Below are positions 21,259-32,689 of a DNA stretch of 64,000 bases, piece by piece. Location: contig MU054117.1 of assembly GCA_013239625.1 (NCBI GenBank), positions 5,049,514 to 5,113,513 of the forward strand. The letters run 5' to 3'. The translations under genes were made by a program, and so were the position numbers. The notes under the pieces were generated by a model. The model was not told where the DNA came from, did not search any database, and worked only from the letters and a program-made list of their open reading frames with translations. Source of the stretch: Lama guanicoe. Its lineage: Eukaryota. Position 1 is the stretch's first letter. The number at the start of each line of letters is the position of its first letter.

Positions 21259-21327
21259 CCCCCGTCTTACCCAGCAGTGTTTGGGTGCTGGTTGGGAGTC
21301 TCTAATACTGCCGGGTAATGATGGAGG
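21259..21327 (+). ncRNA. MIR200C: pre-miR-200c (5p 21263-21284; mature 3p 21303-21325)
   Basis: TAATACTGCCGGGTAATGATGGA is miR-200c-3p. The star arm CGTCTTACCCAGCAGTGTTTGG pairs with it. Confidence 0.97.
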
Positions 21328-21663
21328 CCCCTATCCCTGTGTCAGCAACGTCCATGGTCTCAGGTCCCCAGTGCCTACCTGGCTGCGACCCCAACTCCGT
21401 AACCCCTTCCCCGACCCTGGAAACCCCTTCATCTTGAGCAGAGGGTGTTGCAAAAGAGGTGGCTCTCAGGTTGGCTGGCTGCCCACTGAAGGGACACAAT
21501 GGCCCCAGCCCCTCCCCCAACCCAGTGTGATTTGTCATCTGGAGGATCCAGAACCCACAGCTGACCTTGAGCTTGGAATTGGCTCGTATCCTTTCAAGAG
21601 ACCTCAGCTGGCCTGCGGTCAGGGTTCTCGAAGCAACTGGCCAGCTCCAGTCCGGATGTCTGT

Positions 21664-21755
21664 CGCCGGCTCTGGGTCCATCTTCCAGCACAGTGTTGGG
21701 TGGTCTAATCAGGAAGCTCCTAACACTGTCTGGTAAAGATGGCCTCCGGCCGGCG
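21664..21755 (+). ncRNA. MIR141: pre-miR-141 (5p about 21679-21700; mature 3p 21721-21742)
   Basis: TAACACTGTCTGGTAAAGATGG is miR-141-3p. Star arm CATCTTCCAGCACAGTGTTGG. Basal stem CGCCGGC (21664-21670) / GCCGGCG (21749-21755). Confidence 0.97.
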
Positions 21756-21965
21756 CCCTCAACAGTGACCTTCAGGGAGCCCCGAAGACCACGGAGGCCT
21801 CCGGACCAGACATCTCTGACCTTTACCCCTGGGGGTGGTGGGGGGTGAGTCTTCAGGAAAGGGAAACAATGGGAGGAGACAAAATGGCTGCCCAGAGCCA
21901 CAGCGGGACTTGGAAACATGTTTGTCCTCAGGCTCCTCCATCCTCTTCCTGCCTTGGGAAATGTG

Positions 21966-21971
21966 AATAAA
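21966..21971 (+). terminator. Probable poly(A) signal of the pri-miR-200c/141 transcript
   Basis: First AATAAA after miR-141, with T/GT-rich sequence downstream. Confidence 0.55.
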
Positions 21972-22942
21972 GTGTGGACAGAGATTGAGCAGACTCATTT
22001 GGGTCACTTCACTGGCTTTTGTCTAGTTGTTGATCTCACTTTGGGCTCCCAGGCCCTGAGGAGGGGTGGCCACATCCGCTGCCCCCTGTCCCTTTCATGA
22101 CATTCAACCTGCAGAGCAGGGGACAATTAATCTTTCTTCAAAAACCGAAGCAGATCAAGACCCCAGGTCCTCCTAACCGTGCAAGGTGCACCTCCTCCCC
22201 CACCACGAATTTCATGATTCCTGTCCACACTTTCACCCCCAGGGCTGTCCTCTGGTTCCCACTGTTGTTTCCCCGCAAGGACGAGGGATTGGAACGTGGT
22301 GGTGGCACGCGGGCACAGCCAGCGGCCTCGTTTCTCTGCTGCTCGACATTCAGAGATGGCTGGATTGGGAAGGACATGAGGCACCACTCTTGTTGGGGGC
22401 CCAGAGCTGTGGCAGTGAAGAGCCCACCTTGAGAGGTCGAGCCCTGAGCAACTCAGTGTGGGTAGCCCAGGGCAGCAACAGGGTCCATGAGGCATCTGAA
22501 CTCGTAAGGCCCTCAATAAGCACAAATTGTCTCCCAAAGCCACATGGAACCCTGTTACCAGGGAAGCAGCTCCTGTTGGGGTCATCAGATTTTTGGTCTA
22601 GCTCAGCAAAGCCACAGCTGCTCCAGCCTTAAAAAAAGAGACGTTGGTAAACAAGTGGGGTGATGCGGTTCTGTGAGGGTGGGGTGAAGAGTGCAGCTGG
22701 CCTCAGGGCCAAAGGCCCGCCGTTCTCCCAGCCGGGTTCTGGTTTGGATCCGCCTCTGCTGGGCTAATAGGGTTAGGGCAGCGGCTGGGAGCTCTCCCCT
22801 ACCTGCCCGGGCCGGGGTCCTCACGCCCCCTGCCGGCAGAGACAAAGAAGGACCCAGGAGTGCGCTGTCTGAACGTGCGCATGCGTGCCACCCTAGCCCA
22901 GCCCAGACACTGGACACCTTGACTTTGCTTAAGTAATAAAAA

Positions 22943-22948
22943 TTTATT
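22943..22948 (-). terminator. PHB2 polyadenylation signal
   Basis: TTTATT on + equals AATAAA on -, about 290 nt past the PHB2 stop. Confidence 0.78.
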
Positions 22949-23233
22949 GGGAATTCCCAGGGTGGTGGTTATTGCCTCCTGACAGAGAGGGAGGAACCAA
23001 CCCCAGGAAATCACTGAGAAACCACACACTGTCCCGACACAGGGCGGAAAGTCATCCCCCTGAAAATGGTCAGTCTTTGTTCATCCAAGGGCTGGGAGGA
23101 CAGATGTGGAAGGGACCATCACATGATACTGGGGGCAGGGCGGGGGTGTGCTGGACCCCAAGCTGGCTCCTCAAAAACCAGGGGACGAACAGATCCACTT
23201 CTTCCCTGGGGGCGGAGTTCCTCGTCACCAGGC

Positions 23234-26200
23234 TCATTTCTTACCCTTGATGAGGCTGTCACTGTGGAAACAGACAGATGGTGACATTAAGGGACCTTTG
23301 TGAGAAGCAGAGAGCCTCAGGCCACTTCCTCCTCCCTGACCCAGGGTGTGTGTGTGGGGAGGTGAGAAAGGTGAGGTGATGGGGGAGGAGGCAGGTACTG
23401 GGAGATGGGCTGCAAGACCCCACAGAAACCAGGATGCATCAAAAGCTTACCTTCCTCTGTGGATGCCAGGTCACCAGATGAACAAGGAAGACAGAGAGAG
23501 AAAAGAAAGGTATGTGTGACTTGACAGTTTCAGGCGCCACCCAGCTCTAAACCCTCCTTCGCTCCCAGGAGGAAAAGACAAGCATGTTGGAAGCCAGGAA
23601 CCCCGGGCTCTGGGAAGAAGAGACTTGCTCCCTTGGCCACTGCCACTTCCCACCTCTTCTCTGCTAGCATCCTCCCATGCCCCAGAGCAGTCCCCAAGAA
23701 ACAATGCTAAATGTTATCTTTTACCACTTTTCAGTGAAACAAAACTTTACAGTTAAAGTGCTTTCTACATGAATAACCCTATTTGATCTCGCAAAATCAA
23801 TCCTGTGAGATTCAAGTTAGGAATTGTCAACCACCCACTTTTCCAACTTTGGTTCAGAGAAATGGTGTCTTTCAAGGGTCACACGATTAAGCTGGAAGAA
23901 GCTCTAGAGCCCAGGTGACCAGCCCCTGCCCTGGGTCTCTGTGACATCCCACGTGAAGGCCGTGTCTCTCACCGGGTGAAACTCTCATCCTGCAGGTTCA
24001 GCACAAGGTTGTCAGCAGTGAGATAGATACGGTTCTGTGATGTGGCGATCTATAGGGCCAGAAATGAGACATGTTTGTATCAAGCAAAGAAAACCTCCAT
24101 TCCTACACTTGCAATTCCAATCACTGATGGAACACGTGTGGGTGAGGAACGTGGGTAGTGAGATGAGAAAGCCATGGTTTCTGCTCTCACACAAGGATCC
24201 AGAGCAGCTGTGACGTACTGGTACCAGGAAAAGGATGAACAAAAGGTCAGGGAAGCCTGGGGGACTCTGGGGAGTTCAGTTTTGATAGGAGGACGAGTGT
24301 CAGAGAAGCCAGTTTGAGTAGAAATCTGAACAAGCAAGACTCTAGTCTTCTCACTTCAATGTACAGAAACACCTTCACTCCCAAGGTGGCTTGGAGGGAG
24401 GGGCCGGACTCACACTCACCGTCTTGGAGATGTTCTGGGCTGCCCGGATCTTCCGCAGCTTGATGTAGCCAGGGTTCTTGCTCAGAGCTTCTCCGAGGTG
24501 AGCAGGGTGGGGTTAAGGGTTCACACAAGGCCAGGTCTCAATCTGAGCTCCATCCTCACTTCACTGCCCGCCTCACTCAGCCCTCCTCTGGGCGGTCAGA
24601 TCCAAGGTTGCGCTCAGGTGGCTCGTGCCCAGCCCTACTTTGGTGCCCCCTGTAGGCCTCCCTGCAGGCAGCTGCCAGGAACTGGAGGCAGCAGCAGATG
24701 AAGAGGCAAGGCCAGCAGTGTTGTTGATCTGCCTTACGGTGAGGAGCCAGCCTCTAGTGCCCCCACTAAGACTTCAGATCCTACTGGGAACCCCCACCCC
24801 TGGGGATCGGAGAGCACGAGTCGCATTCGCCTTAGTCTCATCAGCCAGCCCTTGAGGGAAGACGGGGAGCAGTGTTCCAGGGGCTGGGTGGGGAGCTCTC
24901 CAGCAGAAGGATATCATCCTGGCGGCCTCGGCCTCACCCTCTGCCTGGACGATCTTCTGCCGCTGTTCCTGTTTTGCTTTTTCCACCAAGAACTGGGCCC
25001 GCTGGGCCTCCTGCTGGGCTGTGGTGGGAGAGAATCAGGGTCACAGATGCGAGGTGTCAGGAACACCATCCCTCCTCCTGCGTCCTCGGAAACCCTCCCC
25101 TACTCCTCTTGTGACTCACCCACTTGTTTGGCTTCTACAGCAGCCGTGTACTCTCGGCTAAAGCTCAGCTCTGTGATGGCTACATCATCCAGTATGAGGC
25201 TGAAGTCCTTGGCCCTCTCTGTCAGCTCCCGTCGGATCAACAAGGATACCTGAGGGGCGAGGTGAGGAGGGGAGGGGAGAGGGGAGTTGAGGGGGCTGGA
25301 GAACTGAAAGGAAGGTGTGCTGCCGTGACCATCTGAATCCCAGATCTCCCGAGAACAGCAGGGAATACACCACCCCCCTCTCACTTCCTCACTAGAACAG
25401 CTGAGCTGGAAAGGACTTGGTCCCACTGACTCCTAATCCCCACTCTGCAACACAATGCACACGTCTACACTTGCGTGTTTTCTCCCAAGCTGCCTAACAC
25501 GAACTGCTATCGAGTTCCAGTCTGGGTTCCTTGCTCCCCACAAACACAGCTTTCGGGTGGAAACAGACCTAGGGCCACAACCCTTTCCTAATATACTGGG
25601 AGCGCTGGAAGCTGCAGTCAGACCTGGGCCCGCTGGGTGATCAGCTGGGAGGCGTTGAACTTGGCCACCACACTCTTGAGCACCTCGTTGACAATGGACG
25701 GCAACACGCGCTCCTCGTAGTCCAGCCCCAGGCGCTGGTACATGCTGGGGAGCTCCATGGCGTTGGGTCGGGACAGTACCCGCAGCGAGATGTTCACCAT
25801 CTGCAGGTCTAAGAGTGAGGTCAGCAGGGGCTGGTCAAGGCCATGGGGGCCCCCCGGCATTTTCTCCTCGTGCTTTCCTCTATACCTAGTGCAATGCTGT
25901 GTGGTCTGATACTCCTCATGAAGGAGGATGATAATCAGGTTGACAAGATGTGCCTCGGCACCGACCCGATGCAAACTCGTCCACTGTCAAGTCTTCTCTA
26001 CCCACAGCCCCTTCACCAATAAAGCTGACCTCTTTTTGCCACTGCACTGTGTGCAATCCCGATCTAGGCTCTGTTACGTTGTATCATAATCATGTCTCCT
26101 GTACTTCAGGACAAAGACTGTTTTGTAAATTCTTTACTCTCAGGGGCTAGGGTTTCAAAAATGTCAAGCAACCTGTGCTAAAAATAGTACAAAAAAGCAC

Positions 26201-27409
26201 ACTACAGGTGAGCTACCTGCCTTACTGTGTACATGCCTGGGTGTATGCGTGTGTTTGAGGAAGGGTCTGGGGAATCTCAAAGGCACAGCTTCTAGGTGTG
26301 GTCCAGGAAGGAACAGGTGCACTAGTGAAGAGCGGAGCCAGGTTTCCCCAGGACAGGGCGTACTAGTTAATGCAATTAATAAGTGAAGCAACTACAAGGA
26401 AAAAAAAGGCTTTAAAACTAGGCTTTGACCTAGCCATTGAGTAAGACAAAGGACAAACAATGCTCTCACTGAGTTTACATTAGGGGAGGGACAGCTAAAC
26501 ATGCGAAACACACAGTGCGTCCAGAATGTGCTGGTTTAACCCCAGAAGCTGGTGCTTTTATTATCGCTCATTTGCAGACGTGGAAACCAAGGCCCAAGGG
26601 ATCTGACACCATCTCCCCTAGTCTCTCGCCAGGCTCCCTTGTTTACTGCCAGTGACGCCTCAGTGCCTAGACCTACCTTTGGAGCCTGTGGGGGAGGAAA
26701 TTTTTCGGGGTCTGGCCCGAATGTCATAGATGATGGGGTATTGGAACCATGGAATCCTGGAGGAGAAGGAACAGGGACAGGAATTAGGACACTGCAGTTT
26801 CACTAGTTTCAGCCGGTCTTGCTTCACCACGTGTTTCTTGGCCTGCTTCTCCTCCTAATAACCACGGTCAAGGAGAAATTCTCTTCTCTCTCTGGACAAC
26901 AACAGCATATGCTGCTGGAGTTCTGGGCAATACCCACTGTTCTGGGAGATGGGGTGAGGAGGGGAATGAGCAGGGCTGAATCCCATTAAAAGTCCTACTA
27001 AGGCCATTGGTGGGTCGGCGTTCAAGGGTGAAGGGTCAGGTTCAGTCCGCTCTGCCCGCCATTACCTGAAGTGAAGGCCCTCGGCCAGAATGGTGTCCTG
27101 CTGCACGCCTCCGATCCGATTAAAGAAAATGGCTCTGTGCCCGCCTTCCACTGCGGGGAGAGGGGTCGGGGTCAGGCCAGGCCGAACTCAGAGTACGTGC
27201 TAACTTCTGGGGGGGCGGGGTGAGCGGCGGGGTGAGCGGCTGGGTGAGCGCGGGGACCCGGCAGAGCCAGGAAGTTGCTCACCGGTGAACACGGACTCGC
27301 GGACGCCGTAGGCCACGGCGCCGGCCCCCAGCAGCAGCTTCAGCGCTGTGCCCATGCCCCGGGGCCCGGAGGGCAGCCGTCCCGCTAAGTCTTTCAGGTT
27401 CTGGGCCAT
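23234..27409 (-). CDS. PHB2: Prohibitin-2, 299 aa; exons 27409-27283, 27150-27066, 26756-26677, 25808-25624, 25249-25120, 25018-24915, 24497-24420, 24049-23973, 23456-23451, 23261-23234
   Basis: [57 protein letters not shown]...SPFH domain...[16 protein letters not shown]. Exon lengths sum to 900 nt only if intron 6 is AT-AC and the 6-nt exon is included. Confidence 0.96.
24498..24914 (-). other. U12-type (minor spliceosome) AT-AC intron, PHB2 intron 6
   Basis: 5' site ATATCCTTCT, branch site CCCTTAAC (24519-24512), 3' end CAC with no pyrimidine tract of U2 type. Joining gives [15 protein letters not shown] in frame. Confidence 0.95.
24592..24848 (-). ncRNA. SCARNA12: Composite box C/D-H/ACA small Cajal-body RNA (U89)
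   Basis: C box TGATGA (24843-24838), D box CTGA (24599-24596), terminal stem, internal stem CTCGTGCTC/GGGCACGAG, hairpin-H box ACAACA (24724-24719)-hairpin-ACA (24653-24651). PHB2 is the known host of U89. Ends approximate. Confidence 0.85.
27217..27251. repeat. 12-bp tandem repeat (GGGGTGAGCGGC) x about 3 in PHB2 intron 1
   Basis: GGGGTGAGCGGC GGGGTGAGCGGC TGGGTGAGCGC read directly. Confidence 0.75.
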
Positions 27410-27791
27410 GTCCGATCCTGAGGCCGGCGGCACCAGTGGTCAGAAGGGGGTGCTGGCCCGCCTCTGCGGCGCTCCAGCTTCGGGCTCGCACACGAGGGTC
27501 CGGGCCCCAGGTGCTCGCGGGAGAAAGGGCACCGGAAGTGCCCTCCGTTCTAAATCCTCCCCCCCGCCCACGGCGGACCCGAGCTTGGCGCACAGGAATC
27601 GCGCACCCGGAAGTTCCCGCCCCTCTCTGGAACCCTGCCCTCCCGGAGAGGCTTCGGGAGCGCAAGACAGCGAGCCGTCGCCATTTCCGAGCGCCCACTT
27701 TCAAAATGGCGGACGGAAGGAAGTTTGAGATTGGGGCGAGCGGGCGGTCCTAGTTGCAGGATGTTTGCACAATTTCCGGTCCGGTTGCAAG
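27410..27791. promoter_or_regulatory. Bidirectional CpG-island promoter of PHB2 and EMG1
   Basis: Divergent ATGs 382 bp apart. GABPA/ETS CCGGAAGT at 27532 and 27607. YY1-type CGCCATTT (27679-27686), CAAAATGGCGG (27702-27712) and CAAGATGGCTGC over the EMG1 ATG. No TATA. Confidence 0.85.
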
Positions 27792-30700
27792 ATGGCTGCG
27801 CCCAGTGGTGGATTCCAACCTCGTGAGCGGCGCGCGGAGGAGCAGGATGAGGGCTGGGATGCTGTGGTGCCCAAGCGGCCCCGACTCGGGGCGGGAAGCA
27901 AGAGCGGAGGCCGTAGGCTCATTGTGGTATTGGAAGGAGCCAGTCTGGAGACAGTCAAGGTAGTTTGGGACAAGGAGGTGGAGAACTAGTGTATCAATAG
28001 GATGGGACCTGGTGGGATGCGGGTGATGGGCTCAAAGTAGAGGGAGAAAGCAGAGGTGTAACGTGCATTTGGAGAAAGAGGGGTCTAGTTGACTGTCTTT
28101 TGGTTTAACATCCTGGGTTGGCAGTACTCGTTTTCTTTGCCTTTGAATCCCATTGCAGCCGTCACCTCCTTGATTCCAGTTGATTAACCTGGATTCTGTG
28201 ATATAAAGTCGTCTAGGGGAAGAGGGTTTCGTCAGTCGCGTCATCCCCCTTCATACCAGGACGAGTTTACTGGGCAAAGGAGAAAAGGGGTTCCTGTAGT
28301 TGAGTCTGCTCACCCTTTTATTTGTAAGGACTTAGTGTTTTAATTCATTAAAGGGTGTCTGTCACCTTCCTTTATATTACTGTACATTCCGAAACACTGC
28401 TTGGATCAGATCATCGTTACGTCTTTATTTTTACCTATCATTTGGCTCTTTCCTAGAATAAATCCAGCAACTCCCAGCCTTAAAACTTTGTGCGGTGTTC
28501 TTATTCTTTCTAACATTGTTTCTCTTACCATTTAGAGCTAAGCTTCAATGAGTAGGGCCAGGAGAAATAGCACTGGTTTAGAAGAAGACCTGGATTTTAA
28601 TCTTGGTTCTTATACTTGGAATGTGTGATCTTGAGAAAACAAGTTTGTGCTCAGTTGGTAAAGCAGGGGTTAATACTTTACAGGAGGATTGTAATGAAAG
28701 TGCTTTGAAAGTAGTACATTTCCATAGTAATCTAGGTGTGATTCTTTTCTATCTTTCCTTTCTCAATCACTGTGGTACTTTGTTAAGTTTGCAGCTTAGA
28801 AAACCCTTTTTTTTTAATGACCAGCCAATCAGGTTTCTTTTCATTTTCTTGTGTAATTGGTATTTCTAGTCTAACTATAGGTTCTTATATTCATCTCACA
28901 CTTAATTGCCTGCTGTCTTTCCAGCCTGTTAATTCCGTGTGTCACTTAACCACTTTGTTTCCGCATGTGTTCTGTCGAGATAGTAGTACCTATTTTACTG
29001 GGTTGTTGGGAGGATTAATGGATTTAATATATGTAAAGGGTTTAGAATAACGTCTGTCACTTGGAGTCAGTAGTTACTATTATTGATTCAGGTTACTTAT
29101 TAAAAAGTTGAAAAGGTCATGGCCAAGTTAAAGTTCCTGGAGCATGCTCTGGAATAAATTAGGCCAGGTTGTCATTAATGGTAATTCCACTCCAAGGATG
29201 ATGGAATTCATAGCTGGTTGAAATCTTATGTACTGTTACCTTTTGCTTTCCTTGTGCTGGTACCTCTTGCTTCTCCCAGCCTCATCTGGGCCTGCTCTCT
29301 CCATTTACTCTTTATGCTCACCTCACTGGCCTTCTTTAAGCTCTTTGCAAGCACTAAGTTCTCGTATCTTAAGTCCATTGCACATAATGTTCTCTAACTG
29401 GAGGAGCCCTTTACTCGGCTCTTTGTTTCATTAATTCCTACTTAATGTGTACTCATTTAACAATTATAGAGTCTATTATGCTGCTCATTCTTCAGTTATT
29501 AGGTTACTCCTTTATAGAAATGACTCCCTTTCTGGTATAAATCAAGTCCTCTTATTATAATCCTTTAATGGGCCATTTAGTTCTCCTTCGTGTTTATCAC
29601 ACTTTGAATTAAATATTCATGTGGTTGTTTAATTTGTCTCTTCCACTAGAAGGCTATAATGAGGACAGAGAATAAGATTTTAAAAATTCTTATGTCTCCG
29701 GTACCTATTACAGAATACATGTGGTATTCATTCTGACTATTCTAATTAGTGTTTTCAAGCTTATTAACCACAGCCCACTATAAAAAAATTACATTGTGAG
29801 CCAGTACACGTACTTAACTATGTGAAACCAAGTTTCATAAGCTTTTGCTTACTTAGTATGGCTGCATTTGAAGTACTCTGATGTTTTCTATTTTATCCCA
29901 TTAAAAGAACAAAACCCTGGTTATAACTTACTAATGGGTAGAAACTAGATTCTTCTATTCAAGAGGTTCTTTTTCTTCTGTAACTAAGAGTGTCCTGTGG
30001 ACTTAGTTCTTGGTACTTAGTTCTTACTCTCTGTGACATTCTTGTTATTTTAGTTACTCAGTTAATTTCAAAATCTGTATACCTCGTCCTGAAACATTTT
30101 TGGAGTCATAGTTCAAGATGATGCCAGACATAGAGATGTTGTATTGATATATAAAAACTCAGCCTTTCAAAACCTGTATTTGTACTTAGTGGTTTTTTTT
30201 TTTTTTATGTGAACTTATTTTTAAATGGAGGTACTGGGGATTGAATGTAGGACCTTGTGACACTCTACCACTGAGCTATTTCCTTCCCCTGTTAATGGTA
30301 TGTTTTTTAAACTTTTTGCTGACCACCTGAATGCTCCCTAGGGCTTCAATTTGCAATTTATTTTTTTTTAGCTGTTGCTCACATGCCTTAAAACTGGAAT
30401 AACCCTTCTTCTTTATTTCTGAGAGTATTGTTTGATTAAAGTACATCGTTAGATGTATGTAGTCTTGCATCATTAGAATTTTCACACTTCTTCCTGTTCA
30501 GATTTGCAGCTCTTCACTTTGTGTTTGTTATAAGCAAACTGAGGATAGTGACTGTGTATATTTTGCTGAGTGTATACATAATGCTCTTGTGATAAACAAG
30601 CATTCAGCCTTGTTCACTAACCTTATTTCTGCCTGGTTCCAGAATCCCTCACTGGCTTTGCCTAATACCCACAGGTTTTAAAATTAAATTCAGTTTAGAT

Positions 30701-32325
30701 TGTGTGGAATCACAGGCTGCACCCTTCCTCCCTTTTCCCTCCAAGATCAGTTATTGGTGGTGGGGCTGTTGGGGGGAGGACGTGGCCACACAGTAATTCC
30801 CTGGATCTAGCTAGTCTGGAGTGGGCCTGAGAACGTGACTGACAGGTTTCCAGATGCTGCCAGTATGGGGACCACAGTGAGAAACACTGTTCCAGGCAAA
30901 AGCAGCTCATGCTGCTCCCAATCTTGTTCCCTGGTCTCCAGGTGGGGAAGACGTATGAGCTGCTCAACTGTGACAAGCACAAGTCCATGCTGTTGAAGAA
31001 CGGGCGGGACCCTGGGGAAGTGAGACCAGACATAGCTCACCAGGTAAGTCTGGGGACAGAGCGCAGGCCCCTGTGCCTCTGGATGGGAGGTGAGGCAGCT
31101 GTGTGTGACTTCTTTTCAGTTGTAACCATACCTGGATTTCTGCCTCCCTCAGAGTTTACTGATGCTGATGGACAGTCCCCTGAACCGGGCTGGCTTGCTG
31201 CAGGTCTATGTCCACACGCAGAAGAACGTGCTGATTGAAGTGAACCCCCAGACACGAATTCCCAGGACCTTTGACCGCTTTTGTGGTCTCATGGGTGAGA
31301 AGCCTTGGGACTTAGACTTGGGAGTAGTAGAGCAGGGAGGAAGAGGACAAGGGAGAAATGTGGAATTTTTAAGAGGGGCCCACATGACTGATCCCAGTGC
31401 GGGGGTCTGCACTTTCTTCCCACGCGCCTGGGTACAGCCTGCATGGGGGCTCCTGGCTGAGGAGAAGGGAGGGGAGCCCACATGCTTGACAGCTGCTCGT
31501 TCATAACATTTTTAGGAGTAGTGTGGACACAGGACATGAGGAGCCCACCTTACCAGAGGGCTTTTCTGGCTAAATGACTGGGCAGAAGTGGGGTCACCAC
31601 CCCGCTCTGAACTCTTTTTTCCGTCCTAGTTCAGCTTTTACACAAACTCAGCGTTCGAGCGGCTGACGGCCCCCAGAAGCTCTTGAAGGTGAGCTGTTCC
31701 ACCTGTTGGTTGGAGGGAGGGTTCTAAGACTGCTTCTGGGGCTGACTTTTCTTTTTCTCTCTAGGTGATTAAGAATCCAGTGTCAGATCACTTCCCAGTT
31801 GGATGTATGAAAATTGGCACTTCTTTTTCCACCCCGGCGGTCAGTGATGTCCGCGAGCTGGTGCCCAGCAGCGACCCTGTCGTCTTTGTGGTGGGGGCCT
31901 TTGCCCATGGCAAGGTAAGGTCTGGGCCCAGTTCTAGGTTCTTCACGGAGCTGAAGCCTAGTACAGGATTCTGAGAGCACTTAGCATTTTGACAATCCTT
32001 GTCCTTGTAAGTTGGGAAACAGGATAGGAACAAAGCTGCGGACACACGGGGGTTCCATCTCCTGCCACAGGGCGCATCTTTGAGGAATGCTGGCCTGTTT
32101 GTCGTGGTCAAAACTAGTATTAAACAGCACCATGAACTGGCAGTTTTCCTGCCTGGAGAAGGGCTGAGCCCATGACAGCAACAGCCAGCTGACAGACTGC
32201 TCTCCCCTCAGGTGGATGTAGAGTACACGGAGAAGATGGTGTCCATCAGCAACTACCCGCTTTCTGCTGCCCTCACCTGTGCAAAACTCACCACAGCCTT
32301 TGAAGAAGTGTGGGGGGTCATCTGA
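27792..32325 (+). CDS. EMG1: Ribosomal RNA small subunit methyltransferase NEP1, 244 aa; exons 27792-27959, 30942-31043, 31153-31294, 31630-31688, 31765-31914, 32212-32325
   Basis: [14 protein letters not shown]...[28 protein letters not shown]...[21 protein letters not shown]...[24 protein letters not shown].../...VVGAFAHGK/...[26 protein letters not shown]. 735 nt, SPOUT-fold motifs, Asp86 intact. Confidence 0.97.
30193..30289 (-). mobile_element. tRNA-derived SINE (Vic-1-like), internally deleted
   Basis: The minus strand reads GGGGAAGGAAATAGCTCAGTGGTAGAGTG...CAAGGTCCTACATTCAATCCCCAGTACCTCCATTT plus poly(A). It lacks the central GCTTAGCATG segment present in other copies. Confidence 0.78.
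30805..30890. mobile_element. MER5A-like hAT MITE fragment just upstream of EMG1 exon 2
   Basis: GTCTGGAGTGGGCCTGAGAA...GATGCTGCCAGT...GGACCACAGTGAGAAACACTG resembles a MER5A end. Confidence 0.5.
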
Positions 32326-32689
32326 CAGTCGGACCTTGTCCTGAAACAGAGACTGTGGACATTGCTTCCCTAACCCTGTTCTCAGCGGACTGCCAGGAGG
32401 GCGCCTTCCTGCACTGAGGCCGGGGTGTGCGGGAGCTGGGGCTGTACACCTCCTGTTTTTCCTATAAATGCTGTTCTTGCAACCCTGTTGTCCTTTGGGG
32501 GTTCCTGCATAGCAGTATGTGACCTGGTCGTTGCGCTCACCTCAGAGAGACATGCGAGGTTACACTGCTGGCAGTTTGCGCCTGGCCCAACTTTGCTTGT
32601 GCTGTAAAGGAGAGCCCTGATTATTTCAGCCGCTGCAAGCATGGAGGGCTGTGTCTGAAAGAAAGGCGCAGGAGCGCTAGCAGTGAAAA

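Noticed and set aside
24774..24989. PHB2 exon 6 reading on as ...AARMISFCW... for lack of a GT donor
   Set aside because: Explained by the AT-AC U12 donor at 24914. Not a frameshift or pseudogene lesion.
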